Shown: positions 55,781-64,000 of the stretch, in pieces
How positions within the stretch are numbered: position 1 is the first letter of the stretch
Layout: each line of letters begins with the position of its first letter
From: Octopus vulgaris
Lineage: Eukaryota
NCBI GenBank assembly: GCA_951406725.2
Contig: OX597839.1
Location: forward strand, 10,106,001 to 10,170,000
Direction: 5' to 3'
Length of the DNA: 64,000 nt
Notes under the pieces: model-generated
The model's input: the letters and a program-made list of their open reading frames with translations, nothing else
What the model was told of the DNA's origin: nothing
Database searches by the model: none
Translations under genes and position numbers: made by a program

Positions 55781-58700
55781 ATAATGTGACCGCGTGTATA
55801 CCATTGGCGATTTTTTTTCCTCCGTCTTCCATTCCTTAGATCTTTCCTTTTCCTATGTTTCTGACGAAGAGCTCCTCTCAAAACGTTAAATCCTCCTTCT
55901 TTCTTTCCTTTCCTGAGCACCCAATAACACTATACTTGTTCTACGTCCTCGTGTTGTTGTGTTTTCTCTTTGTGTTTTCATGTTTGGATTAAATATATAT
56001 CTATATCATCAATCATCATCAATATTTACCATCTGATTTCCATGCTGATATGGGTTGGACAGCTTGACAGGAACTGGCAAGGCCAGGACCTGTGCCAGTT
56101 TCCATAGTTCGTTTCAGCTTGTTTCTATGGCTAGATGCCAACCACTTTACAGAGTGTACTGATTGTTTTTAACATGGCACCAGTGCATTTTATGTGGCAC
56201 TATCACCAGTGCTTGTTATGTGACATAATCACCAGTGCATTTTAAGTGGCACTGGCACATGCTTTTTATGTAGCACCAGCACCTGTGTTTTCAATTTGGA
56301 GCCAGCACCAGAGCTTTTTACCTGGTACCGTCACCAGTGCTTTTCACATGGCACCATCACCAATGCTGGCCTTGTGGGAAATATTGCCTTGCTTGGAAAA
56401 GCAGATGACAGTTGGTGCCTTGACAGATTCCATCTGACCCATACAAGCATAGAAAACTGGATGTTAAATGAAGATGATGATGCTAACGAGAAGAAAATTC
56501 ATTGAAATATTTTCACATAGGCATGGACATGGTTGTGTGGTGAGAAGCTTTCTTCCTAATCACATGGTTTAGCATTCTGTCCCACTGCTTGGCACCTTAG
56601 GCAAATGCCTTCTACTATAGCCTTGGGCCAACCAAAGCCTTGTGAGTAGATTTGGTAGTTGGAAACTGAAAGAAGCCCATCTATGTGTGAGTGTCTTTGT
56701 GTCTGTGTTTGTCCCCTGCCTACCACTTGACAACCAGTGCTGGTGTATTTACGTCCCTGTAACTTAGCGGTTTGGCAAAAAACACAAAAGGAGTAAGTAA
56801 CAACTTATGAAAAAATTAGTACTGGGAGTTAACACATTCGACTAAAATGACCAGGCAGTGCCCCAGCTTGGCCGCTGAGATATGATTGAAATAAGTAAAA
56901 GCAATTATGCAAGAGAGATAACTCCCAAAATTTCAGTTGACCAAAAATTAAGCCAGATTATGCAGGAGAGGAAATGTGTCTGAATTTTGGTCTTGTTTGT
57001 TCACAGTAGGAAAGAAAAGTCAGGAAAATAATATATGATTGCAGTTGGTTGCTTGGACACACTAAAAGTGTCACAATATGCTGCATCTCTTAATTAAGTC
57101 CCAGTTAAACAATATTGTTAGTATTATTAAGATATATTTACTTTAACCCTTTTGTTACCAACCCAGCTGAAACCGGCTCTGGCTCTGAGTACAAATGTCT
57201 TGTTTTCATAAGTTTTGAATTAAAATCTTCCACCAGACCTTAGTCACAATTTATGTTCCTAACACTAGCTTAATGATAACTAAGTTATTTTACTGAATTC
57301 TTTGTTAAATTTAAAGTAATTGAAAGAAACACAGAGCATCCCAAAATAAATACAGTAACGAAAGGGTGAAATATAAAAATGAAAAATTTGTTTTATTTCT
57401 TTTTGTTTTAATTTAATTATAAGTGCAAAATATACCTGTAGTTGTTTGCCATAATAATTGGGATACTTCAAATAGTTATGCAGTCTACCTTAGCAAATCC
57501 TGTTCAACCCATGTAAGTATGGAAAACTGGATGTTAAAATGACAATGATGATAGATATATATGTGTGTGTGTGTGTTTGTATGCATTTATTAAAAATTTC
57601 TATTCTTCTGTTTTAAAAAGGAAATTCTGGACACGTAACCGGCCCGGTGATAAAATGAGAGATCGGTACAATTTGAACACACTACCTCTAGGAATGGATC
57701 AAGAGGCTGCTGATTGTGGTAAGGATCTTAGTTTTTGTGGATGATTCTTAAGAATGCTTATTTGCACATTAAGCTAACAGTGGTAATTGAGCATTTGAAG
57801 AAAAAAATTTATATTAATTTGTGTAGATGAATGATGGTTTCAAATTTCGTACAAGGCAAGCAGTTTTAGGGTGGGGATAAATGGATTACATTGACATTAG
57901 AACATAACTGGTACTTATCTTCATGGACCCTGGAAGGATGAAAGGCAAAGTTGACCTCAGCAGCATTTGAACTCTGAACATAAAGAGCTGGAAGAAATGT
58001 GGTTTCAATTCTCAGACTTGGTGGTGCATTTTGTTCTTGGGCATTGCGATCACTTTGACACCTGATGAGTGGTATACCATGTACCTGTTCAGACAATGCC
58101 AATTTGATAGAGGCAGTGAGCTAGTGTACAGCACATCTATTTAATTGCTATAAACAAATCATTTGTGCAGGTTGTTTGGCGAAAGGTCTTTGGACAGGAG
58201 AGTCTGTCATTAGCATGCCAAACAGAACGTGTAGTGTCATTTTGTATGTCTTTATTATTTCTTTATTGCTCACAAGGGGCTAAACATAGAGGGGACAGAC
58301 AAGGACAGACAAAGGGATTAAGTCGATTACACCGACCCCTGTGCGTAACTGGTACTTAATTTCTCGACCCCGAAAGGATGAAAGGCAAAGTCGACCTCGG
58401 CAGAATTTGAACTCAGAACGTAACGGCAGACGAAATACTTATTTCTTTACTACCCACAAGGGGCTAAACACAGAGAGGACAAAAAAGGACAGACAAACGG
58501 ATTAAGTCGATTATATCGACCCCAGTGCATAACTGGTACTTATTTAATTGACCCCGAAAGGATGAAAGGCAAAGTCGACCTCGGCAGAATTTGAACTCAG
58601 AACGTAACGGCAGACGAAATACTGCTAAGCATTTCGCCCCGCATGCTAACGTTTCTGTCAGCTCGCCACCTTTTGTATGTCTTTATGGGCTGAGTTCAAA

Positions 58701-61700
58701 TTCCATCTGAGGTCAACTATGCTTTTCATCCTATCAGGACTGGGTTTGATGTAATTGACTTGTAATTGACAAATTTCAGGCCTTGTACTTATAGCAGAAA
58801 GTATTATTATTGATATTGGGAGAATCCTTAGCATGTCAGATGAAATGCTTTGTGACATTTCTTCTGGCTTTCAAATTCCACTGAAATTGGCTTTGCTTTT
58901 CATCTCTCTGAGCACTGGGGGTTGAAGAAACCAACTGACTCCCTGTCCCCAAATTTCAGGCCTTGTGCCTATAATAAATAGGAAGAATTGTTGGTATACC
59001 AGATTAAATGCTTAGTGGCATGTCATCAGTCTGTAGGTTCTGAGTTCAAATCCTTTCAAATTTGTCTTTCATCATATTGGGGTCGATGAAATGAGTAGCA
59101 ATTGAATACTGGGGTTTGATGTAATTGACTAGCCCTTCCCCCCAACCACAATTTCAGACCTTGTGCTTATAATAGAGAGGACTGTTATTATTATTGTTGT
59201 TGTTTTTGTTGTTGTATTAACCTTTCTCTTATTCTATTCTCGCATGGCTCCAGATTACGAACAGATAACCACACATCTACCTGGAATGGGTCTTGAACAA
59301 TTTCCAGAGAAAGAACAGAAAATGAAAGGTAACTTATCATCTCCATCATTTTTGTCATTTAATTCGCTCACTCTATAAGCTGTTTTAGAACGAATATGTC
59401 ATCTATTGTATTGTGGTTCCTATAGAAACCTGCTTGCTCTCTTGGCTGTGGGTTGTTGAGGTGTTTTGATAGTCTAATGACTATGACCTTTGTAAACAGC
59501 TTATATAGGTGAAACAAGAGGCATTTGGGCGATGGTTTTTTAAATCTAGTTTCTAGTTGTAAGGTGTGCGGAAGTCCAGTTGTGAGGTAAGAAGTTTGCT
59601 TCTGAAGCTCATGGTTCCACATTCAGTTCCACTGTGCGGCACCTTGGGCCAGTGTCTTTTACTATTTCCTCTGGTTTTATATTCTGATTTTCTGAGGTTT
59701 AAAATAAGTACCATTTGAGCACTGGGGGTCAGTCTAACTAAAACTTCTTGAAGGCAGTGCCCTAGCATGGCTGCAGTCTAATGACTGAAACAAGTAAAAG
59801 ATAAAGATAACAGTTGCCCCCTGTGTCACTCAAGTGAAAATTGCACCTTTTTCACTGTGTTAGTCACTTAGTCATTAATCGTTTTGCAACCCACAAGAGT
59901 GAACATTTCAGCCGAGGGTTTTGCTATTTATTATTTAAAAGGTATATTCACGCTTTGTTAAGATACTAACCTGTCATTGTTGCCTTGCTAACTCCGCTTA
60001 CTCCAGATGACCAAGGCGATTCAAGTATTGAAGCTCATGCAGAAGTATTGGGCACTGCTCTTCATTGTCTTATTAACTTAATTGCTGTTTAACCCCAGGT
60101 CAGCTCTGGTGGTTCAGATATATGACCAAAGGTTAGGCAGCTGTGACAACAATATTTCATTGGAGTTCTGTTATATTTCCTAATTTTCCTGTTGTTCTTA
60201 TACTTTTTCTCTACGTTTTTGTTTATTTCCAGAGATATCCAGTTTAAGTTGTGGTAGCGGCAGTGACAATGATCTTCCTGCAATTCCTGGACTGGATTGG
60301 GTTGCAGATGAACAGTACTTAAAGCAACAGAATGAACAGAGGATACCCCGCAAGCGGGTACCATATGCTCGGCCTGTGCCGAAGAACTTTGAGCAGGCCT
60401 GGCTCGGGCAGAAACCGACTGGAGCGGCAGGTACTGATGGAAGCCAACAAAAACCTCCTGCACAGAAAGACGACGGTACAACGCCAGCTGCCAACCTTCC
60501 GCCTCAGTCTAGAGATGGTGTGACTCCAGCTAATCAACCACAGACTACCCCACTTGCTGCTGGTAATCAGACAGTCCCTGCTCCTCCTCCACAGCCAGGA
60601 AAGATGCTTGGCAATCAGCTCAGTCTGCCCCCAAATATGCCCCCACCTCCCCAAATGCAAGGAGGCCCAATGAACATGAATGCACCTCCACCTCCTCTTC
60701 CAATGGGTGGTCAGGTGATGCACCCTATGGCCCAAGGACCTCAGACTATACAACCACCAGGCATGATAGGACCTCCGAATATGACTGGTATGCCTCAGGG
60801 ATCACGTCCTCCGGTACATAATCCAATGAGTAAGTATTAAATTTCAAATACTTAAAACGATTTATATTGTATAGTTCTACTATATAGGCACAGGAGTGGC
60901 TGTGTGGTAAGTAGCTTGTTTACCAACCACATGGTTCCGGGTTCAGTCCCACTGCGTGGCACCTTGGGCAAGTGTCTTCTACTATAACCTCGGGCCGACC
61001 AAAGCCTTGTGAGTGGATTTGGTAGACGGAAACTGAAAGAAGCCCGTCGTATATATGTATATATATATGTGTATGTGTGTGTGTGTGTGTTTGTGTGTCT
61101 GTGTTTGTCTCCCTAGCATTGCTTGACAACTGAAGCTGGTGTGTTTATGTCCTCATCACTTAGCGGTTCGGCAAAGAGAGGCCGATAGAATAAGTACTGG
61201 GCTTACAAAGAATAAGTCCAGGGGTCGAGTTGCTCGATTAAAGGCGGTGCTCCTGCATGGCCACAGTCAAATGCCTGAAACAAGTAAAAGAGTAAGAGTA
61301 TATAGTTTTATCATGCAATTCTGTGATGCAGTTCCACTACATAGCTCTACTACACAAATTCTACCATATGGTTATATATCATTTCTCTCTCACAGTCCTT
61401 TCACACTGTTCTACCATTTAGTTGTATCATTCAGATATACAGGGTGTGCCAAAAATATCGACATCACTTGAAATGTGAATATTTGAGTAACTACATGTCC
61501 TAGGCAAAGGAAATTGAATAGGCTTTACATGGAACAATAAAAGATTTATTTATCAAAATAGATGTAGGAGTAGCTGTGTGGTTCCGGGTTCAGTCCCACT
61601 GCGTGGCACCTTGGGCAAGTGTCTTCTACTATATTCTCAGGCTGACCAAAACCTTGTGAGTGGACAAAAAATGGTTTTTATTTGTTCTTTCTGATATTTT

Positions 61701-63384
61701 AGAAATTGTTTTCATCACCATTGTCATCAACATCACCATAATTATTATCACTCGGTGGCATGTAAGAAGCACCATCCGAACGTGGCCGATGCCAGCGCCA
61801 CCTGACTGGCGTCCGTGTCGGTGACACGTAAAAAACACCAACCGATTGTGACCGTTTGCCAGCCTGCCCTGGCCCCTGTGCTGGTGGCACGTAAAAAGCA
61901 CCCACTACACTCACAGAGTGGTTGGCGTTAGGAAGGGCATCCAGCTGTAGAAACACTGCCAGATCAGACTGGAGCCTGGTGCAGCCTCCTGGCTTCCCAG
62001 ACCCCGGTCGAACTGTCCAACCCATGCTAGCATGAGAAACGGACGTTAAACGATGATGATGATGATGAAAGAAAACTATTTTCATTGTAAACATTATTGT
62101 TGTTGTTGTCAACATCGTCATAATCCTCATCACCAACAGAAACATTATCATCATAAACATCACTGTCATCATCATCAACAATAACAAAAGCATTATCATC
62201 ATCACCATTTCACCACCTTCATCATCATTGTCACATCATCACAAACATCATCACCACTACCACCACCACCACCACCACCACCACCATCATTACAAGATTG
62301 TGCATTGTATTAATATGTAATTTTTTTCGTTTTTTTTTTCATAGATATACGAGGTCCAACCATGCAGCAACCTCCACCTCCACACGGACAAGCTGGCCCC
62401 ATGGTAGCCCCAAATCAGATGCCTATGATACGACAGGGACCACCAGGAATGCAGTGTCGACCAGGACCAGGTGGTCCAGACCCTAATGGCCCTCCTCCTC
62501 CTCTCGGCAACCAACAGGGACCTCCACCTCCAGGACAGTACATGCAGGGTGGGGATGGCCCCGAGAACAACCAGTCCCGACCCCCAGGCAGTGAAGGTGA
62601 AATGGGCAATCTCAGTCACCGCGACAAGGATTACCGACAGGGGGGTTCCAATATAAATGATGGCAACTTCATGCCACATGACATGAGGGGTGGTGATGGG
62701 GGAGGAGGTGGAGGAGGGGGCATGCCCCCACGTGAAGGCATGGGTGGAGGTCGACGAGGTGACATGAATATGGGACATGGTGGTGGTGGTGGTGGTCAAC
62801 GCTTCAACAATGACCGACCCCCAAACCAGTGGCCACAGGATGGCCCAGACATGTCGCAACGTGACAACCAGCCGTATGACAGATCCATGGACGAATATCA
62901 TGACATTGACGAGAGGATGGAGCGTAGCCGTGGTTACCACCATCACCAACAACAGCAGGGCCGGAATCAAGGGGGTTTTGGCCCACCTCAAATGAACAAT
63001 CCCAACCATCCTGATGCAATGCACCGGGATGATTTTGAACACCACCGGAGGATGGGTAATGACTCTGGTGGTCCTGACCAGGGTATGGACATGGGTAACA
63101 GCCGCAAGCGTCACTGGGATGATGACCAGATGAACGTCCCACCCCCTGCTATGATGGACATGCGAGACAAGTACAATCGACAAGACATGGGGCCTGATTT
63201 CTCGTCTGTCCGCAACAACAGCAACAATTACAACCAAGACTATAACTCCGGACCACGCGGCAGCGGCGGTGGTGGTGGTGGTGGTGGTGGCGGAGGGTTC
63301 AGGGGAGGACGCAACAATCGCAACAACAATCGAAATGGTGGTAGGGGCCCATACCGAGGGGGGCGCAACAATCGGTGTAGATAA
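5707..63384 (+). CDS. WDR33: Pre-mRNA 3'-end processing protein WDR33 (CPSF subunit), whole spliced gene, 14 coding exons, 1044 aa
   Basis: Exons join in phase (333+69+105+96+152+98+127+155+79+111+98+75+597+1040 = 3135 nt). Diagnostic motifs: [52 protein letters not shown], seven WD40 repeats, [43 protein letters not shown], then a Pro/Gly-rich tail. Confidence 0.97.
5860..5907 (+). repeat. CAG/CAA repeat encoding 16 glutamines
   Basis: 16 consecutive CAA/CAG codons in coding exon 1. Confidence 0.95.
6168..6578. mobile_element. Merlin-like MITE inserted in a family-B SINE
   Basis: About 29-bp TIR ggatcttttcggtttgaacggcagttttt; 8-bp TSD ggcaagtg at 6160-6167 and 6579-6586. Confidence 0.85.
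6770..6997 (+). mobile_element. tRNA-derived SINE family C; other copies at about 15690, 27583, 31338, 35466, 42313, 49051 and 58260-58670
   Basis: gagctggcagaa...gagttcaaattc (B-box-like)...gcctttcatcctttcggggtcgataaa consensus core, recurring many times. Confidence 0.85.
7416..7484 (+). CDS. WDR33: WDR33 coding exon 2
   Basis: ttgcag|[23 protein letters not shown]|gtgaga; resembles human NRIWQRDQRDMRAIQPD. Confidence 0.95.
8087..8540 (+). mobile_element. CR1-group (Crack/L2-like) LINE 3' end, 5'-truncated
   Basis: [25 protein letters not shown]...[16 protein letters not shown]...[16 protein letters not shown]...NSL is an ORF2 C-terminus; short 3' UTR ending (gtaaaaga)2. Confidence 0.85.
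8541..9140. repeat. Compound TA/TG microsatellite
   Basis: Degenerate tatatagatgtatg units. Confidence 0.9.
9140..10300 (+). mobile_element. RTE-clade LINE fragment (RT C-terminal half, Cys-rich insert, 3' UTR start)
   Basis: LLYADD at about 9275-9292; CSIC...CTQC...C...CSRC; FCYLGD; RIRIAWAKF; frameshifted. Confidence 0.9.
10470..11435 (-). mobile_element. Second RTE LINE fragment, inverted relative to the first
   Basis: Reverse strand encodes [26 protein letters not shown] and [19 protein letters not shown]. Confidence 0.9.
11435..13765. repeat. About 2.3-kb compound (TA)n/(TATG)n/(TG)n microsatellite field
   Basis: Directly visible; interrupted at about 12520-12785 by a SINE fragment and unique sequence. 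Confidence 0.95.
14322..14627 (-). mobile_element. Family A repeat (RTE 3'-UTR-derived, (GAT)n tail); other copies at about 625, 30035, 31459, 33225, 37215, 42133, 46250, 52500, 53049 and 61751
   Basis: Core aaaagcacccactacactctcggagtggttggcgttaggaagggcatccagctgtagaaac...ggacgttaaacgatgatgat. Confidence 0.85.
15170..15503 (-). mobile_element. tRNA-derived SINE family F; related copies at about 17180-17450 and 24390-24660
   Basis: Minus strand ggcgcatggctcagtagttagagcg (A box)...gctcgaatcc (B box)...ttcttgagcaagacacttta. Confidence 0.8.
16635..16739 (+). CDS. WDR33: WDR33 coding exon 3
   Basis: ccacag|[35 protein letters not shown]|gtatgt. Confidence 0.96.
18400..18495 (+). CDS. WDR33: WDR33 coding exon 4
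   Basis: attcag|[32 protein letters not shown]|gtaagg. Confidence 0.97.
19502..19757. mobile_element. hAT-like MITE; second copy at 22111-22754 interrupted by a SINE
   Basis: TIR gtggttctcaa/ttgagaactactg; shared internal ggtccatata motif. Confidence 0.7.
19850..20001 (+). CDS. WDR33: WDR33 coding exon 5
   Basis: tactag|[52 protein letters not shown]|gtacgc; phase 2, weak donor. Confidence 0.96.
20002..20200 (+). other. Putative intron read-through extension of exon 5 (truncated isoform of about 317 aa with a hydrophobic C-terminus)
   Basis: The frame stays open for about 66 codons past the donor and includes [27 protein letters not shown]. Confidence 0.4.
20310..20598. repeat. Degenerate minisatellite of about 48 bp (5-6 units)
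   Basis: Recurring atggatca.tgggcctgaat...gtggtca.tgctacatg. Confidence 0.7.
21838..22065 (+). mobile_element. TTAA-flanked MITE family E; copies at 54800-55028 (reverse) and 57143-57370
   Basis: Consensus TIRs ttaaccctttcgttac...gtaacgaaagggttaa; about 228 bp. Confidence 0.85.
23147..23415 (+). terminator. Intronic poly(A)-signal cluster 1
   Basis: AATAAA at 23227, 23288, 23345 and 23373; ATTAAA at 23147 and 23223; tandem TGTA at 23171-23180; U- and GU-rich tracts downstream. Confidence 0.6.
26380..26539 (+). other. Putative alternative terminal exon of WDR33 (isoform of about 304 aa)
   Basis: A long pyrimidine tract (about 26320-26377) then cccag|T. In phase with the exon-5 AG it reads [26 protein letters not shown]...IIYI*, followed by many AATAAA. 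Confidence 0.5.
26443..26925 (+). terminator. Intronic poly(A)-signal cluster 2
   Basis: AATAAA at 26443, 26619, 26785, 26790, 26856, 26871, 26875, 26898 and 26917. Confidence 0.55.
29660..36946 (-). CDS. Tentative nested antisense gene (about 198 aa; exons 36946-36859, 35058-34949, 33739-33631, 30377-30292, 29863-29660), weakly TOP6BL-like
   Basis: Non-repeat islands bounded by minus-strand AG/GT join in compatible phases (1,0,1,0) with no stop. The similarity is judged by eye only. Confidence 0.3.
32990..33210 (+). mobile_element. Old RTE LINE ORF C-terminal fragment
   Basis: [22 protein letters not shown]...[13 protein letters not shown] resembles the RTE QLRWFGHV.RM...G.RP motif. Confidence 0.6.
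33768..34035 (+). mobile_element. Helitron-like non-autonomous element, 5' part
   Basis: A|TCTATTATATAAA...tctgtctgtatgtgtgtc start resembles the 42828/50683 family; CpG-rich body; 3' end not seen. Confidence 0.5.
34275..34603. repeat. Imperfect fold-back palindrome, arms of about 160 bp
   Basis: Centre gctcagaa-cacata-ttctgagc; arms are complementary out to aagaac/gttctt. Confidence 0.9.
35614..35912 (-). mobile_element. tRNA-derived SINE inserted in a family-C SINE
   Basis: A box tggcctagtggttag and B box ggttcgaat on the minus strand; 12-bp TSD cagtcaaacact at 35602-35613 and 35913-35924. Confidence 0.85.
35955..36411. repeat. Fold-back palindrome with duplicated centre and SINE filler
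   Basis: acatatgtttcaaagc...gctttgaaacatatgt arms of about 155 bp. Confidence 0.9.
40194..40350. mobile_element. Merlin-like MITE
   Basis: GG...CC ends; TIR core cttcggtataagtaccgga; 8-bp TSD ttatatag at 40186-40193 and 40351-40358. Confidence 0.8.
40899..41048. repeat. (TTC)n plus polypyrimidine tract
   Basis: Directly visible. Confidence 0.95.
42828..43191 (-). mobile_element. Complete non-autonomous Helitron
   Basis: Minus strand A|TCTCTATATATATAAA...hairpin...CTAG|T; inserted in an AT dinucleotide with no TSD. Confidence 0.85.
43197..43317. repeat. (CT)n(CA)n microsatellite
   Basis: Directly visible. Confidence 0.95.
44383..45649 (+). mobile_element. Decayed full-length mariner (DD34D) element, about 1.27 kb
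   Basis: TIRs taaggtcaccccataaataatg / cattatctatgggatgactcta within TA runs. Transposase remnants: [60 protein letters not shown]; many stops. Confidence 0.92.
46930..48960 (-). repeat. Head-to-tail array of about 10 family-C SINE units separated by (AAT)n
   Basis: gaaaggatgaaaggcaaag core at about 47121, 47341, 47535, 47725, 47988, 48210, 48409, 48652 and 48881, plus a truncated unit at about 46967. Confidence 0.9.
50481..50578 (+). CDS. WDR33: WDR33 coding exon 6
   Basis: ttccag|(S)[33 protein letters not shown]|gtaagt. Confidence 0.96.
50683..51019 (+). mobile_element. Non-autonomous Helitron, inverted copy of 42828-43191, truncated at the 3' hairpin
   Basis: A|TCTCTATATATATAAA start; near-identical reverse complement; stops at ctagcactatga. 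Confidence 0.88.
51983..52109 (+). CDS. WDR33: WDR33 coding exon 7
   Basis: tttaag|(G)[43 protein letters not shown]|gtaaga. Confidence 0.96.
52856..53010 (+). CDS. WDR33: WDR33 coding exon 8
   Basis: ctgcag|(I)[52 protein letters not shown]|gtaagg. Confidence 0.96.
53878..54357. mobile_element. RTE LINE 3' end with a 5' inversion
   Basis: 53878-54238 minus strand: [22 protein letters not shown]...GAPRKRYKD...TFVCG. 54239-54357 plus strand: [20 protein letters not shown] and 3' UTR. Confidence 0.85.
54512..54590 (+). CDS. WDR33: WDR33 coding exon 9
   Basis: poly-T cag|(A)[27 protein letters not shown]|gtaggt. Confidence 0.96.
55529..55639 (+). CDS. WDR33: WDR33 coding exon 10
   Basis: tctcag|(G)[38 protein letters not shown]|gtaagt. 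Confidence 0.96.
56170..56375. repeat. Minisatellite of about 20 bp (gcaccagtgcttttatgtg) inside a family-A-like element
   Basis: About 8-9 degenerate units. Confidence 0.7.
57621..57718 (+). CDS. WDR33: WDR33 coding exon 11
   Basis: aaaaag|(T)[33 protein letters not shown]|gtaagg. Confidence 0.95.
59254..59328 (+). CDS. WDR33: WDR33 coding exon 12
   Basis: ctccag|(D)[25 protein letters not shown]|gtaact; contains the conserved [IL]PGMG motif, phase 1 on both sides. Confidence 0.85.
59370..59535 (-). mobile_element. RTE reverse-transcriptase fragment
   Basis: [14 protein letters not shown]...QPREQAGF...[13 protein letters not shown]. Confidence 0.8.
60233..60829 (+). CDS. WDR33: WDR33 coding exon 13
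   Basis: ttccag|(E)[56 protein letters not shown]...PPVHNPM-A|gtaagt. Confidence 0.93.
60887..61298 (+). mobile_element. tRNA-derived CORE-like SINE family B, full length; about 20 copies in the window (e.g. 4131, 21000, 22262, 28066, 30460, 37700, 39063, 41507, 43980, 56518)
   Basis: tggctgtgtggtaag (A box), gggttcagtccc (B box), accttgggcaagtg CORE-like motif, internal TA/TG microsatellite, tail ggcggtgctccagcatggcc...gaaacaagtaaaagag. Confidence 0.88.
62345..63384 (+). CDS. WDR33: WDR33 coding exon 14 (low-complexity Pro/Gly/Met/Asp region with RGG tail, stop codon)
   Basis: poly-T catag|(N)[12 protein letters not shown]...RGGRNNRCR*; in frame with ORF 62362..63384; TAA at 63382-63384. 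Confidence 0.9.
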
Positions 63385-64000
63385 TACCAAATCCACTCTT
63401 TGTGCAGGATCATACATGCTGACACATACACACACACATTAATGTCTGCGTGTGTGTGTGTGTATATATATATAGATACACATATATATATATAGATACA
63501 CATACACACATACATACATACACATATATACACACACACATATATACATACAGACATGCACACACACGTATGTGTGTATGTAACATACATAACATCATCC
63601 TCCCTTTATGTCGTTGGCCCACCCTGGCTCCCACCACTTTCTTCTCCTCTTTACCAGACCCACATATCCTCCTGCCGTTCTCCTTACCAAAGCAATATAC
63701 CCCATTTCTGGTCCTCCACTTTCCTCTTCGGTCGAGCGTTCAGTATTCCCTGTTATTGTAGTACCACTGTTGTGCGTCTACCAAGGGTAGATAGATTATT
63801 GTTTCATATACACACTGACACAGATGTGTACACACACACACACATACACACACACATGCATACACATGCTAATCCAGTTGTTATTCGTCTCCAGTCTTTT
63901 TTTTTTTTGTTGATGGATATGATGGAAACATGTATGCATGGGTATACAAATATATACACATATATACATTTGTGTATATTCATCAACATATGCATATTTG

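Noticed and set aside
62290-63435. 381-aa minus-strand ORF (also those at 60089-60753)
   Set aside because: These are antisense shadows of GC-rich low-complexity WDR33 exons, with no recognisable domain.

Overview
This is a eukaryotic, AT-rich, repeat-dense window; the SINE/MITE repertoire and TA microsatellites suggest an octopus or other coleoid cephalopod. It holds one complete + strand gene, WDR33, the AAUAAA-binding CPSF subunit (Pfs2/FY orthologue). I traced 14 coding exons from 5707 to 63384, all with GT-AG borders in consistent phase, giving 3135 nt / 1044 aa. The introns are filled with tRNA-derived SINEs, RTE and CR1-group LINE fragments, TTAA-, hAT- and Merlin-like MITEs, non-autonomous Helitrons, a decayed mariner and long microsatellites. 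The most interesting part is the 30.5-kb intron after coding exon 5. It has a weak donor with an in-frame read-through ending in a hydrophobic segment, an in-phase alternative terminal exon, and two dense AATAAA clusters, which together suggest intronic polyadenylation or autoregulation of the poly(A)-signal reader. It also holds a possible nested antisense multi-exon gene with weak TOP6BL-like similarity and a CpG-retaining, promoter-like island. Other points are a LINE/SINE pair sharing a 3' tail, a twin-priming inverted RTE insertion, a tandem SINE array and several fold-back hairpins. Repeat boundaries are approximate, and all homology statements come from memory, not from searches.
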